A stretch of 26,058 nucleotides of DNA from positions 1 through 26,058 of the forward strand of contig DATFCK010000520.1 of NCBI GenBank assembly GCA_035253185.1, in the 5' to 3' direction. This DNA comes from Chthoniobacterales bacterium. Lineage in GTDB: Bacteria; Verrucomicrobiota; Verrucomicrobiia; Chthoniobacterales; UBA10450. The position numbers and the translations under genes are program-made. The notes beneath the pieces are model-generated. The model was not told the DNA's origin. It worked only from the letters and a program-made list of their open reading frames with translations, and made no database searches. This document shows positions 6,379-15,271 of this stretch, one piece after another; the first letter of the stretch is position 1; each line of letters begins with the position of its first letter.

Positions 6379-6559
6379 GAGTTTATTCTAGAAAACGCTG
6401 CCAGGTCACTGTTCCGCACTTACGGATTGAATCGCCGCTGAATAAACTCAACTGACAATCTTCCAACTTCCAAGCTTTCGTTTTCGGTTTCGGGGTCATT
6501 AGTAAGGTGCTTCGGTTGAGAAAGCAATAGGAATTGCGCAACTGGAAAGGCTGCAAGTC

Positions 6560-7777
6560 ATGACATTTAACGCTGCTAACGTGACAAATAAGCGGGTCGC
6601 TGTCGTCGCGGCCGGGGTTATTAGCCCGTTGGGACTTGGGTTGGCCGAAACGTTGGAATCACTGCGAACCGCCAGAGATTGTGTAGGACCGGTAACCCGT
6701 TTTGATGTGCAAGCTTGTCGTTGCCAGACTGCGGCCCAGGTCCGGGACGAAGGACTTCAGCCAATCACAAATGGATCGCGCGCCAGGCGGTTGCACCCCG
6801 CCTCAAACATGATGATTCGCGCCCTGCACGAAGCGCTGGACGAGAACCAAAATTTTCATCCGGATCTGGCCGTGATCGGCACCACCAGCGGTGGAATGTC
6901 CTTCGGTGAGCAATATTATCGGGCTTTGTCGACGCGTGCTCCGCTGCAACGGGCGCCGCGTTGGATCGCCAATTATTCCCCGCAGAAACCGGCGGTCGAC
7001 GCGCTGGAAGCGTTCGGATTAGAATGCCCTTGCCAAATCATCGCCAACGCCTGCGCTTCAGGCACAAACGCGATTGGCCACGCATTCCACTGCATTCGTT
7101 CCGGAAAATATCGGCGGGTTCTGGCCGGCGGTTACGATGCATTGTGTGAGCTCGTGTTCGTTGGTTTCGATTCGCTGCAGGCGGCAACTCCGGACAAATG
7201 CCGCCCGTTTGATGCCGATCGCACCGGTATGGTACTGGGCGAAGGCGCGGCTGTCCTTGCTTTGGAGGAGTGGAACTCCGCGCAAGATCGCGGGGCGAAC
7301 ATCCTGGCCGAAATAACCGGCTATGGAATCTCGACCGATAACCATCATTTGACCCAGCCCAACCCCTCAGGGATCGGACCTCGTGACGCGATGGAGCAGG
7401 CGCTACGGACCGCCGGTATCGATGAAAGCATGGTTGACTACATAAACGCCCACGGAACGGCGACAAAATTCAACGACTCGGCGGAGGCGAAAGCGATTCG
7501 GGAATTGTTTCCGTCGGGCCCCCCGGTGAGTTCGACCAAATCGATGATGGGCCACTCGTTAGGCGCGGCCGGCGCCATCGAGGCGGTTGTTTGCCTTTTG
7601 GCGATACAACACAGCTTTTTGCCGCCCAACATTAATTTTACCAGGGCGGGTGAAGACGTCGATCTCGACATCGTTGCCAACCAACCGCGTTCCAGCGCTG
7701 TCCGAACCGCGGTTTCGAATTCATTCGGTTTTGGTGGGACCAACGCCTCGATCGTTTTGCAGACCGCACGTTCATGA
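6560..7777 (+). CDS. Beta-ketoacyl-ACP synthase (FabF-like ketosynthase, intact Cys-His-His triad)
   Basis: ANACASG (Cys), YINAHGTAT (His), STKSMMGHSLGAAG (His), CRPFDADRTGMVLGEGAA, SNSFGFGGTNAS. Confidence 0.93.
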   Translation: MTFNAANVTNKRVAVVAAGVISPLGLGLAETLESLRTARDCVGPVTRFDVQACRCQTAAQVRDEGLQPITNGSRARRLHPASNMMIRALHEALDENQNFHPDLAVIGTTSGGMSFGEQYYRALSTRAPLQRAPRWIANYSPQKPAVDALEAFGLECPCQIIANACASGTNAIGHAFHCIRSGKYRRVLAGGYDALCELVFVGFDSLQAATPDKCRPFDADRTGMVLGEGAAVLALEEWNSAQDRGANILAEITGYGISTDNHHLTQPNPSGIGPRDAMEQALRTAGIDESMVDYINAHGTATKFNDSAEAKAIRELFPSGPPVSSTKSMMGHSLGAAGAIEAVVCLLAIQHSFLPPNINFTRAGEDVDLDIVANQPRSSAVRTAVSNSFGFGGTNASIVLQTARS

Positions 7778-8898
7778 ACGTGTGCATCGCCGGGGTCGGA
7801 TGGGTTACGCCCCTCGGATCAACCATTGAGGAGGTTTGGAACCAGCTCCTGGCTGGAAACATTCCGCCAATCGCAGAAGTTTCTGATCCGTTAGGCAATA
7901 AATCGTATCCGGCCTACCAAGTTCCGCCATCGGCGCTGAGGAATCTGCCGCCTCATCCGCGACTGCGCCGCGCCAGCGCAATCTCACGGTTCGCGGCCGC
8001 GGCGGGCCTGGCTGCCCTGACCGACGCAAACCTGACGAACGAACACCTCCAATCCAAACAACTCGCTCTGGTGTTCGCGGTGGCTAACGGCGGAGTCATT
8101 TATACCAAACGCTTTTACCGCGACATCGTGGACAGCGGCGCGGGGTCCGCCAGTCCGCTACTTTTTCCCGAAACGGTTTTCAACGCAGCGGCCAGTCATG
8201 TGGCCGCGATTATTGGCCTGAACGGGACCTGTTACACCGTGGTGGGAGATGGCTCGGTCGGCCTAACGGGCATTCAGATGGCCGAAGACGTAATGAGCGA
8301 TCCATCGGTAGATTATTGTCTGGTGATCGCGGCCGAAGAAGCTGACTGGCTGTTATGCGACGCGTATCAAAAGTGGCGACTGTTACGGCGGCAGCCGCCA
8401 ATTGAAGTGTTCGCCAGCCCGGCTGGAGGAACTATTCTGAGTGAAGGCGCCGGGGCGGTGTTGCTGGCGCGAACCGGTCCTGTTCAGGTCGCCGCGACGT
8501 CGGCCGGAGCCTACTTTGCTCGCCGTGAAAAGGCGGGGACGGTGCTGGCGCGGGTGTTGGAGAAGGTCGGCACAAGCGAAAATGCCATGGTCATCGGCAG
8601 CGCCAACGGGACATTCGTCGATGCCGCCGAATCAAGCGCCATGGACAAAGTGGCGCCCTCTGGAGTGCTCTATGCCATAAAAGGCAGCCTGGGGGAAGGC
8701 GTCGCCGCCGGCGCTCTATGGCAGGTCATTGCCGGGGTTCGAGCATTAACCACCGCGCAAATGCCGCAACCCCAATACCCTAAGCGAGCCGCGGCGGATC
8801 GGTCGCTGGCAAAGAAACTCACCGACCGGGGCGAGCTAACCGTACTGAGCTGCGGCCTGAACCAGCATGCAGGCGCCGTCCGGCTCCGCCGGGCGTAA
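7774..8898 (+). CDS. Ketosynthase-like protein lacking catalytic residues (chain-length-factor-like)
   Basis: KS-fold motifs GVGWVTPLG, SPLLFPETVFNAAAS and SEGAGAVLL. The Cys position reads VVGDGSVG, His1 reads IGSANGT and His2 reads KGSLGE. It overlaps the upstream KS by ATGA. Confidence 0.85.
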   Translation: MNVCIAGVGWVTPLGSTIEEVWNQLLAGNIPPIAEVSDPLGNKSYPAYQVPPSALRNLPPHPRLRRASAISRFAAAAGLAALTDANLTNEHLQSKQLALVFAVANGGVIYTKRFYRDIVDSGAGSASPLLFPETVFNAAASHVAAIIGLNGTCYTVVGDGSVGLTGIQMAEDVMSDPSVDYCLVIAAEEADWLLCDAYQKWRLLRRQPPIEVFASPAGGTILSEGAGAVLLARTGPVQVAATSAGAYFARREKAGTVLARVLEKVGTSENAMVIGSANGTFVDAAESSAMDKVAPSGVLYAIKGSLGEGVAAGALWQVIAGVRALTTAQMPQPQYPKRAAADRSLAKKLTDRGELTVLSCGLNQHAGAVRLRRA

Positions 8899-9006
8899 TC
8901 AATCCAGCGCGTTCATTTTCAACCTGTTATTGAAGTGTTCGGCAAGATGTCCCGATCCGTTTTAACTTTCCAACCTCACACCTCTGCGGTACTTTCGGCG
9001 ACCGCC

Positions 9007-11253
9007 ATGCCGAAACTGCTCTCGCTGGTCGCTTACTTTGTGCTCGCAGTTGGAGCTTTGGAAGGGGCTATCGACGCGCCTCGGAACCAACCGGTGGAAA
9101 TTACTTCGACTGGACAGACTTCGTACGAAGGCGGGCTCGCTACCGCGCGGGAAAACGTAGCCATTCACATCGGCGACACCGACATTTACGCGGACTACGC
9201 GCAATATGACGCGCGTAACCACGAAATTCTCGTCCAGGGTAACGTCCGGATTTATCGCGACAAGACTTTATATCTGGCTGAACGCGCGACCTACAACACC
9301 GAGACGAAAACGGTCAAGGGGGACACGATGCGCACCGATTACGAGCCGTACTTCGTAGCCGGGACCAATATCCAGTCGATTTCGGAGAACGCCTATCGAA
9401 TCGAAAATGGAATTTTCACTACTCATGATTCGCCCGATCCGAGCTTTCATCTTCGCGCTCGCACCATTCGGGTTTACGAGAAAGATCACGTCGTGTTTCA
9501 AAATGTGACTTTCTACGTAGGCAAAGTGCCGATTTTCTGGTGGCCTTACGTTTATCAGTCGTTAGACGACGCCTTCAGCTTTACGGTTTCCCCGGCATTC
9601 CTCAGCTCGTGGGGACCCTCGCTGCTCACGTCGGTTACCTTCCCCATCACGGAAAAGATCAAAGGGCGGGTGCATCTCGACTATCGCACCCGTCGTGGCC
9701 CGGCGATCGGCTTTGATTCGAACATCGTTTACGGCAAAGATGACAACAGTTGGGCGCATCTGAAGACTTACTACATTCAGGATCAAAACCCATTGATCAA
9801 CCGTACGTCGCTTCCCAGAAACGCTGTTCCCACCGGGCGTTATCGGGCAACCTTGGAAAATCGCACCCAGTTCACTGACGATATTTACGCAATCCTGAAT
9901 ATCACCAAACTCAGCGATGAGTTTGTGATGCAGGATTTTTTTGAAACCCAATTCCGGATCGATCCGGTGCCGGACGCGATGGGAGCCCTGGCCAAGACCA
10001 GTCCTTTTTACACCCTCACCGCCATCGCCCGGGTGCAGGCTAACAATTTCTTCGACGTTACCGAGCGGCTGCCCGAAGTCGTTCTCGATGTGAAGCGGCA
10101 CGGCTTGTTCGGTGGTCCGATATTCTATGAGGGGGAGACCGGGTTTGCCAACCTGCACCGGACCTATCCAAGCGGCGCAGGTTTCGAGAACTACAGCTCG
10201 ATAAGACTGGATTCGTTTCACCAGTTTACCTACCCCAACACATACTTCGGGTGGTTGTCAGTCGTTCCACGCGTTGGATTTCGCGACACGTTTTACACCG
10301 AATCCCGGAATCTTGGTTCAACGGTTTTCCCGGCTAACGACAACCCGCTTATTCCCAATTTCATACTGCCGGATCCAACGCACCGCATGCCTATCGATTT
10401 TGGCGGTGACACCAATCGCACGGTGATCAACGCGGGAGCTGAAGCCTCGTTCAAGATCTCGCGGACCTGGGAGGATGCTCAAACTCGAACGCTCGGTCTC
10501 GATGGACTGCGGCACGTGATTCAGCCATTCACCAACTTCTCGTGGGTAACAGAAAATGGAGCGAATCCCGCCTCGATCCTTCAATTCGATCGATATCAAC
10601 CCTCAACTCAGCTGCGGCCCATCGACTTCCCGCAGTTTGTTTCGATTGATGCCATAGATAACTGGACCGTCTGGCGAGTCGGAGTACGAAACCGGCTCGA
10701 GACCCGCCGCGACGACCTAACGATTACATGGCTCGAACTTGAGACCTATGCTGATGTCAATCTCGATAACCCGTACGACCGCACCGAATATTCCAATCTT
10801 TTCAACAAATTCCGCTTCTCTCCGCTGCCTTGGGCATCATTGGCAGTCGACTCCCAGATCCCGGCATTTGATGACGGTTTTACCGAGGTCAACAGCAATA
10901 TCGTGGTGCAGCCGATATCCAATCTGCAGGTCAACTTTGGACACCGCTACCTAAACAACAATCCATTCTTCAACGCCAGCAGCCTGTTCGTAGTGGGCGG
11001 TTATTGCCGACTGAACGATAACTGGGGGGTGGCTGTTCAGGAACAGTACGAAGCCAACACCCGTACTCTCGAGCAGCAGCGATATTCGGTTTACCGCGAT
11101 TTAACCAGCTGGGTGGCCTCGCTCGGCGCGGTAGTGCGAGACAATGCCGGCCGCAAAGAATACGGAGTGCTTCTCACATTTACCCTGAAGGCCTTCCCTA
11201 AACTCGGGGTGGACCTCAATTTCGATCCGGCCAACGCCGGCGAAAGTCCGTAA
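9007..11253 (+). CDS. lptD: LPS-assembly outer-membrane protein LptD (OstA domain + beta-barrel)
   Basis: Signal-like MPKLLSLVAYFVLAVGALEGA; OstA jellyroll (DIYADYAQYD, QGNVRIY, AERATYN); FHLRARTIRV, GKVPIFWWPY, LDYRTRRGPAIG, RLPEVVLD, HVIQPFTNF; C-terminal barrel strands. Start moved from 8935 to ATG 9007. Confidence 0.88.
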   Translation: MPKLLSLVAYFVLAVGALEGAIDAPRNQPVEITSTGQTSYEGGLATARENVAIHIGDTDIYADYAQYDARNHEILVQGNVRIYRDKTLYLAERATYNTETKTVKGDTMRTDYEPYFVAGTNIQSISENAYRIENGIFTTHDSPDPSFHLRARTIRVYEKDHVVFQNVTFYVGKVPIFWWPYVYQSLDDAFSFTVSPAFLSSWGPSLLTSVTFPITEKIKGRVHLDYRTRRGPAIGFDSNIVYGKDDNSWAHLKTYYIQDQNPLINRTSLPRNAVPTGRYRATLENRTQFTDDIYAILNITKLSDEFVMQDFFETQFRIDPVPDAMGALAKTSPFYTLTAIARVQANNFFDVTERLPEVVLDVKRHGLFGGPIFYEGETGFANLHRTYPSGAGFENYSSIRLDSFHQFTYPNTYFGWLSVVPRVGFRDTFYTESRNLGSTVFPANDNPLIPNFILPDPTHRMPIDFGGDTNRTVINAGAEASFKISRTWEDAQTRTLGLDGLRHVIQPFTNFSWVTENGANPASILQFDRYQPSTQLRPIDFPQFVSIDAIDNWTVWRVGVRNRLETRRDDLTITWLELETYADVNLDNPYDRTEYSNLFNKFRFSPLPWASLAVDSQIPAFDDGFTEVNSNIVVQPISNLQVNFGHRYLNNNPFFNASSLFVVGGYCRLNDNWGVAVQEQYEANTRTLEQQRYSVYRDLTSWVASLGAVVRDNAGRKEYGVLLTFTLKAFPKLGVDLNFDPANAGESP

Positions 11254-11348
11254 TTATTGCCGCCAAAACACGGTTGCAACCTGGCGTTTTCGTGAGTTCT
11301 TTTCGGGCGCCGGCGGCCAGTCGGCACCATGTTTGCTGAACGGAAAAA

Positions 11349-12662
11349 ATGGACTTAGCGATTATTGGCTCCGGCTATGTGGGGCTGGTCACCGGCGCGT
11401 GTTTCGCCGACGTAGGCCACAATGTGCTCTGCGTCGACAATGATCCGGCCAAGGTCGAGGCGCTGCGGGCGGGCAAAGTGCCGATTTACGAACCTGGCCT
11501 GGAAGAAGTCATTCACCGGAACGTATCCGCTCATCGGCTGCATTTCAGCGGCAACATCAAAGAGGCGGTAGATAAATCCCAAATCATCTTCATCGCAGTT
11601 CCCACTCCCCAAAAGCCTAACGGCGATGCCGATCTCAGTTATATCGAGAAAGTCGCGCGGGAGATCGCCGGCGTATTGCATAGTTATCGGGTAATTGTCG
11701 ATAAGAGCACGGTGCCGGTGAAAACCGGCGAAAAAGTAGCGGAATCAATCAAACGGTACAACCGTCATAATGCCGAATTCGACGTAGTCAGTAATCCCGA
11801 GTTTTTGCGCGAAGGTTGTGCGGTTCGGGATCTGATGCAGCCCGATCGAATTGTGATCGGGGCCCAGAGCGAGAAGGCAATCGCGTTAATGAAAAAGGTT
11901 TACGAACCTTTTATGGCGCCCATTCTGGTTACTGACATCAACAGCGCCGAGTTAATCAAACACGCCGCAAATTCATTTCTGGCATTGAAGATTTCCTACA
12001 TCAACGCGCTCTCGGCGATCTGTGAAGCCAGCGGCGCGGACGTGGAGAAAGTGGCCGACGGCATTGGGACCGATCGCAGAATCGGGCGGAGCTTTCTCAA
12101 TGCCGGCATCGGCTACGGCGGGTCGTGTTTTCCGAAGGATGTTGCCGCCTTCATCACCATCAGTGAACAACTTGGGGTGCCGTTTCCGCTTTTGAAAGAA
12201 GTGCAACGAATCAACGCCGAACAAAAGAACCGGTTCATGAAAGTCATTCGCGACACCTTGTGGGTGTTGCGCGAAAAAAAAGTCGCGGTCTGGGGGCTAA
12301 CGTTTAAACCCGACACCGATGATATCCGTTCGTCAGTGGCGATCGACCTGGTGTCGGAAATGTTACGGGAAGGCGCTCATGTTTCAGTGTACGATCCAAA
12401 AGGCATGGAAAAGGCCCGCGCGGTAAAGGCGATCGCCGACGCCACATTTGTAAATAGCGCGCTGGAAGCAGTCGAGGATGCCGAGGCCTTGATTATCGCC
12501 ACCGAGTGGGCCGAATTCGCCAACGTCGATTTGGCGGTGATTAAGGAGAAAATGCGGACCGCGATTGTGTTCGACGGACGCAATCTGTTCGATCCGCAAA
12601 CGATGGCGCAGCTCGGGTTTCGCTACCACTCTATCGGACGATCTCCGGTAGCGCCGGCCTAA
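11349..12662 (+). CDS. ugd: UDP-glucose 6-dehydrogenase (UDP-glucose/GDP-mannose dehydrogenase family)
   Basis: IIGSGYVGLV, FIAVPTP, VDKSTVPV, SNPEFLREG, AELIKHAANSF, GYGGSCFPKD, GLTFKPDTDDIRSS, FDGRN. Confidence 0.97.
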   Translation: MDLAIIGSGYVGLVTGACFADVGHNVLCVDNDPAKVEALRAGKVPIYEPGLEEVIHRNVSAHRLHFSGNIKEAVDKSQIIFIAVPTPQKPNGDADLSYIEKVAREIAGVLHSYRVIVDKSTVPVKTGEKVAESIKRYNRHNAEFDVVSNPEFLREGCAVRDLMQPDRIVIGAQSEKAIALMKKVYEPFMAPILVTDINSAELIKHAANSFLALKISYINALSAICEASGADVEKVADGIGTDRRIGRSFLNAGIGYGGSCFPKDVAAFITISEQLGVPFPLLKEVQRINAEQKNRFMKVIRDTLWVLREKKVAVWGLTFKPDTDDIRSSVAIDLVSEMLREGAHVSVYDPKGMEKARAVKAIADATFVNSALEAVEDAEALIIATEWAEFANVDLAVIKEKMRTAIVFDGRNLFDPQTMAQLGFRYHSIGRSPVAPA

Positions 12663-12668
12663 CCGTCC

Positions 12669-13925
12669 GTGGCGCAAGTTTCCGCGCGACGCCTTGCCCT
12701 GATTGCTCTCGAGCAGTGGCAGAGCCAGGCGGGTCGCGCCGATGCAATAATTTCGCAGCTTCTGGCGGATGCGCCGTTGTCGAGGCCTGATCGCGGATTC
12801 GCACTCGAGCTCTTCTACGGCGTGCTGCGCAATCTCATTCTCCTGGATTTCTGGATCGGCTGCCTGCGGCCGGCAAAGGTGGATGATGAAGTTCGAGATG
12901 TTTTGCGGCTGGGTTTATACCAGTTACTCCGCCTCGGGACACCCGAACACGCCGCTGTAAACGAAACTGTTAGTGTCGCACGTCCGCGGGCGCGGCCGGT
13001 GATCAACGGAGTATTGCGCAATGCGGCGCGACAACGCGAAGAATTACAGCAACGGGCTCGAAATCAGCCCCTCTCGATTCGGGAATCGCACCCCGAATTT
13101 ATCGTTAGCCGATGGCAGAAGCGGTTTGGCCCCGAGGCAACCGCCGCGCTCTGCCGTTGGAATAACGAGCCGCCACCGATTTATGCCCGCGTTAACGAGA
13201 TTGAGATTGATCGCGAGCAATTTGGGCATCGTTATCCGGACGCCCAGCCTTGTTCAAAGTGGCCCGGTTTCGTGCAGTTTCCCGCCGTCCCGATCGAACC
13301 GATAAATCGAGGACACTGCTATATTCAGGATCCAAGTACCGCGTTGGCCTGCCGGCTCATGCGACCCAGCCCGGGTGAAAAAATTCTCGACGCCTGCGCT
13401 GCGCCCGGTGGCAAAACTACCTATCTGGCCCAAATGATGAATAATCAGGGCTCAATTGTTGCCTGCGATCGCGAGCCAAAACGGCTGGCGATCCTGCAGG
13501 AAAACGTCGACCGGATGCGGGTAACCATTGTTCGGTTAGTTCAACACGACTGGCTTCAGGAGCGAATTCCGGCCGTCATTGAGAGCGCCGCCCCATTTGA
13601 TCGGATTCTGCTTGATGCACCCTGCACTAACACCGGTGTAATTCGGCGACGAGTCGATGTGCGATGGCGACTCCAGCGCGACGACTTCCTCCGGATGCAA
13701 GCCCAGCAGCTTGAAATCGGCCGCGGTGTCGCCCGCCTGTTAAAGCCTGGCGGAGTGCTTGTCTACAGCACTTGCAGCATGGAATTGGAAGAGAACGAAA
13801 TGGTGGTTGAACGGCTGGTTTCCGAGCTCCCGGGTGCGCGCGTAGTCGAGAAAAAATCGTACGTCCCATTTCGGGATAATTGTGACGGAGCATTCGCTGC
13901 CAGGCTGGTCACGCGGGAGAAGTAG
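12669..13925 (+). CDS. rsmB: 16S rRNA (cytosine-967-C5)-methyltransferase RsmB/Sun
   Basis: NusB-like N-domain (ELFYGVLR, LRLGLYQL, HAAVNETV, INGVLR), SHPEFIV, YIQDPST, LDACAAPGGKT, LLDAPCTNTGVIRR, LVYSTCS. GTG start. Confidence 0.95.
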   Translation: MAQVSARRLALIALEQWQSQAGRADAIISQLLADAPLSRPDRGFALELFYGVLRNLILLDFWIGCLRPAKVDDEVRDVLRLGLYQLLRLGTPEHAAVNETVSVARPRARPVINGVLRNAARQREELQQRARNQPLSIRESHPEFIVSRWQKRFGPEATAALCRWNNEPPPIYARVNEIEIDREQFGHRYPDAQPCSKWPGFVQFPAVPIEPINRGHCYIQDPSTALACRLMRPSPGEKILDACAAPGGKTTYLAQMMNNQGSIVACDREPKRLAILQENVDRMRVTIVRLVQHDWLQERIPAVIESAAPFDRILLDAPCTNTGVIRRRVDVRWRLQRDDFLRMQAQQLEIGRGVARLLKPGGVLVYSTCSMELEENEMVVERLVSELPGARVVEKKSYVPFRDNCDGAFAARLVTREK

Positions 13926-13975
13926 CACCGGTAGTTTGTTGCATCCGCCCGGCCCGGTGACATCGTAGCCTTTTC

Positions 13976-15100
13976 ATGCACGATCCGCGCCTCGATAAGC
14001 TCGCTCAGCTGCTGGTTGAATACTCTATCGGGTTAAAACCGAAAGAGAATGTGCTGATCGAGACGTTTGATGTGCCCGATGAGATGACAATTGCGCTCAT
14101 CCAGGCAGTCCGAAAAGCGGGCGGCACCCCTTTCGCCCAAATTCAGCGGAGCCGGGTAAGCCGCGCGCTTGCGTTAGGTGCCACCGAACGGCAGTTAGGC
14201 CTGGCCGCCAACCACGAGCTCACCCGCATGAAAAAAATGCACGCCTACATTGCGATACGTGGCAGCAACAATATTACGGAAATGTCCGACGTGCCGGTTC
14301 AACAACTGAAACTGGTGGCGAAAAAGATGCGACCGGTCCAGGACCAGCGCGTCAAAAAAACCAAATGGGTGGTGTTGCGCTGGCCTAACCCCTCGATGGC
14401 GCAACTCGCCGGCATGAGCACCGAAGCATTCGAAGATTTTTATTTTGAAGTTTGCACGCTGGATTACCGGAAGCTGCAGCCGGGGATGAAGGCGCTGAAG
14501 CGGTTGTTCGAAAGCACGAACCTGGTGGAGATTCGGGGCCCGGGAACCGATTTGAGATTCAGCATAAAGGGCATCCCGGCAATCATCTGCGGCGGCGATC
14601 GGAATATTCCGGACGGGGAAGTATTTACCGCGCCGGTTAAAGATTCGGTGGAAGGATACGTAACTTTCAACGCTCCCACCATTTATCAGGGAATGGCATT
14701 CGACAATATCCGGCTGGAATTTCGCCGCGGCAAAATTGTAAAGGCCACCGCTAACGAGACCGCCAGGCTCAATCGAATTCTTGATTCGGATCCGGGAGCC
14801 CGCTACGTCGGTGAGTTTTCGTTAGGCTTCAATCCTTATGTTCTCCGACCGATGCGCGACATTCTGTTCGACGAAAAGATCGCCGGCTCATTCCATTTCA
14901 CGCCGGGTCAAGCCTACGAGGAAGCGGATAATGGAAACCGCAGCCAGGTCCACTGGGACATGGTCAACATTCAGCGGCGCGAGTATGGCGGCGGTGAAAT
15001 CCGATTCGATGGAAAGGTGATTCGCCGGGATGGGGAATTTCTGCCGAAACCGTTGCGGTCGTTAAATCCAGATAACTTCAGCAAATCGAAGCGCCGGTAG
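13976..15100 (+). CDS. M29 (aminopeptidase T/AmpS-type) metalloaminopeptidase
   Basis: [64 protein letters not shown]. Confidence 0.95.
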   Translation: MHDPRLDKLAQLLVEYSIGLKPKENVLIETFDVPDEMTIALIQAVRKAGGTPFAQIQRSRVSRALALGATERQLGLAANHELTRMKKMHAYIAIRGSNNITEMSDVPVQQLKLVAKKMRPVQDQRVKKTKWVVLRWPNPSMAQLAGMSTEAFEDFYFEVCTLDYRKLQPGMKALKRLFESTNLVEIRGPGTDLRFSIKGIPAIICGGDRNIPDGEVFTAPVKDSVEGYVTFNAPTIYQGMAFDNIRLEFRRGKIVKATANETARLNRILDSDPGARYVGEFSLGFNPYVLRPMRDILFDEKIAGSFHFTPGQAYEEADNGNRSQVHWDMVNIQRREYGGGEIRFDGKVIRRDGEFLPKPLRSLNPDNFSKSKRR

Positions 15101-15216
15101 TATCCCAGCGGGCGGCGATAACACGAGCAGTCGCAGCGTTCGTCCCATACGAGCCGGGAAAAATCACCAAGCCGGTCACTCGGACGGCTAAGTATCCCGC
15201 TACTGCCGGACCCCAA

Positions 15217-15249
15217 AAACAGTTGAGGCGCGGTGAACCGCGCCTCAAC
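15217..15249 (-). terminator. Rho-independent terminator after the TPR gene (convergent region)
   Basis: Perfect stem gttgaggcgcgg-tgaa-ccgcgcctcaac (15222-15249), followed on the minus strand by TGTTTTT. Confidence 0.8.
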
Positions 15250-15271
15250 CGAAAACCGGACTACCGAACTG

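Noticed and set aside
6449-6473. Quasi-heptamer periodicity (cttccaa cttccaa) upstream of the RRM gene
   Set aside because: Only two exact units and irregular spacing; too weak to call.
8935-9006. N-terminal extension of lptD in the ORF track
   Set aside because: The signal-like sequence begins at Met 9007 and a promoter-like TTTCCA-N17-TACTTT lies inside the extension.
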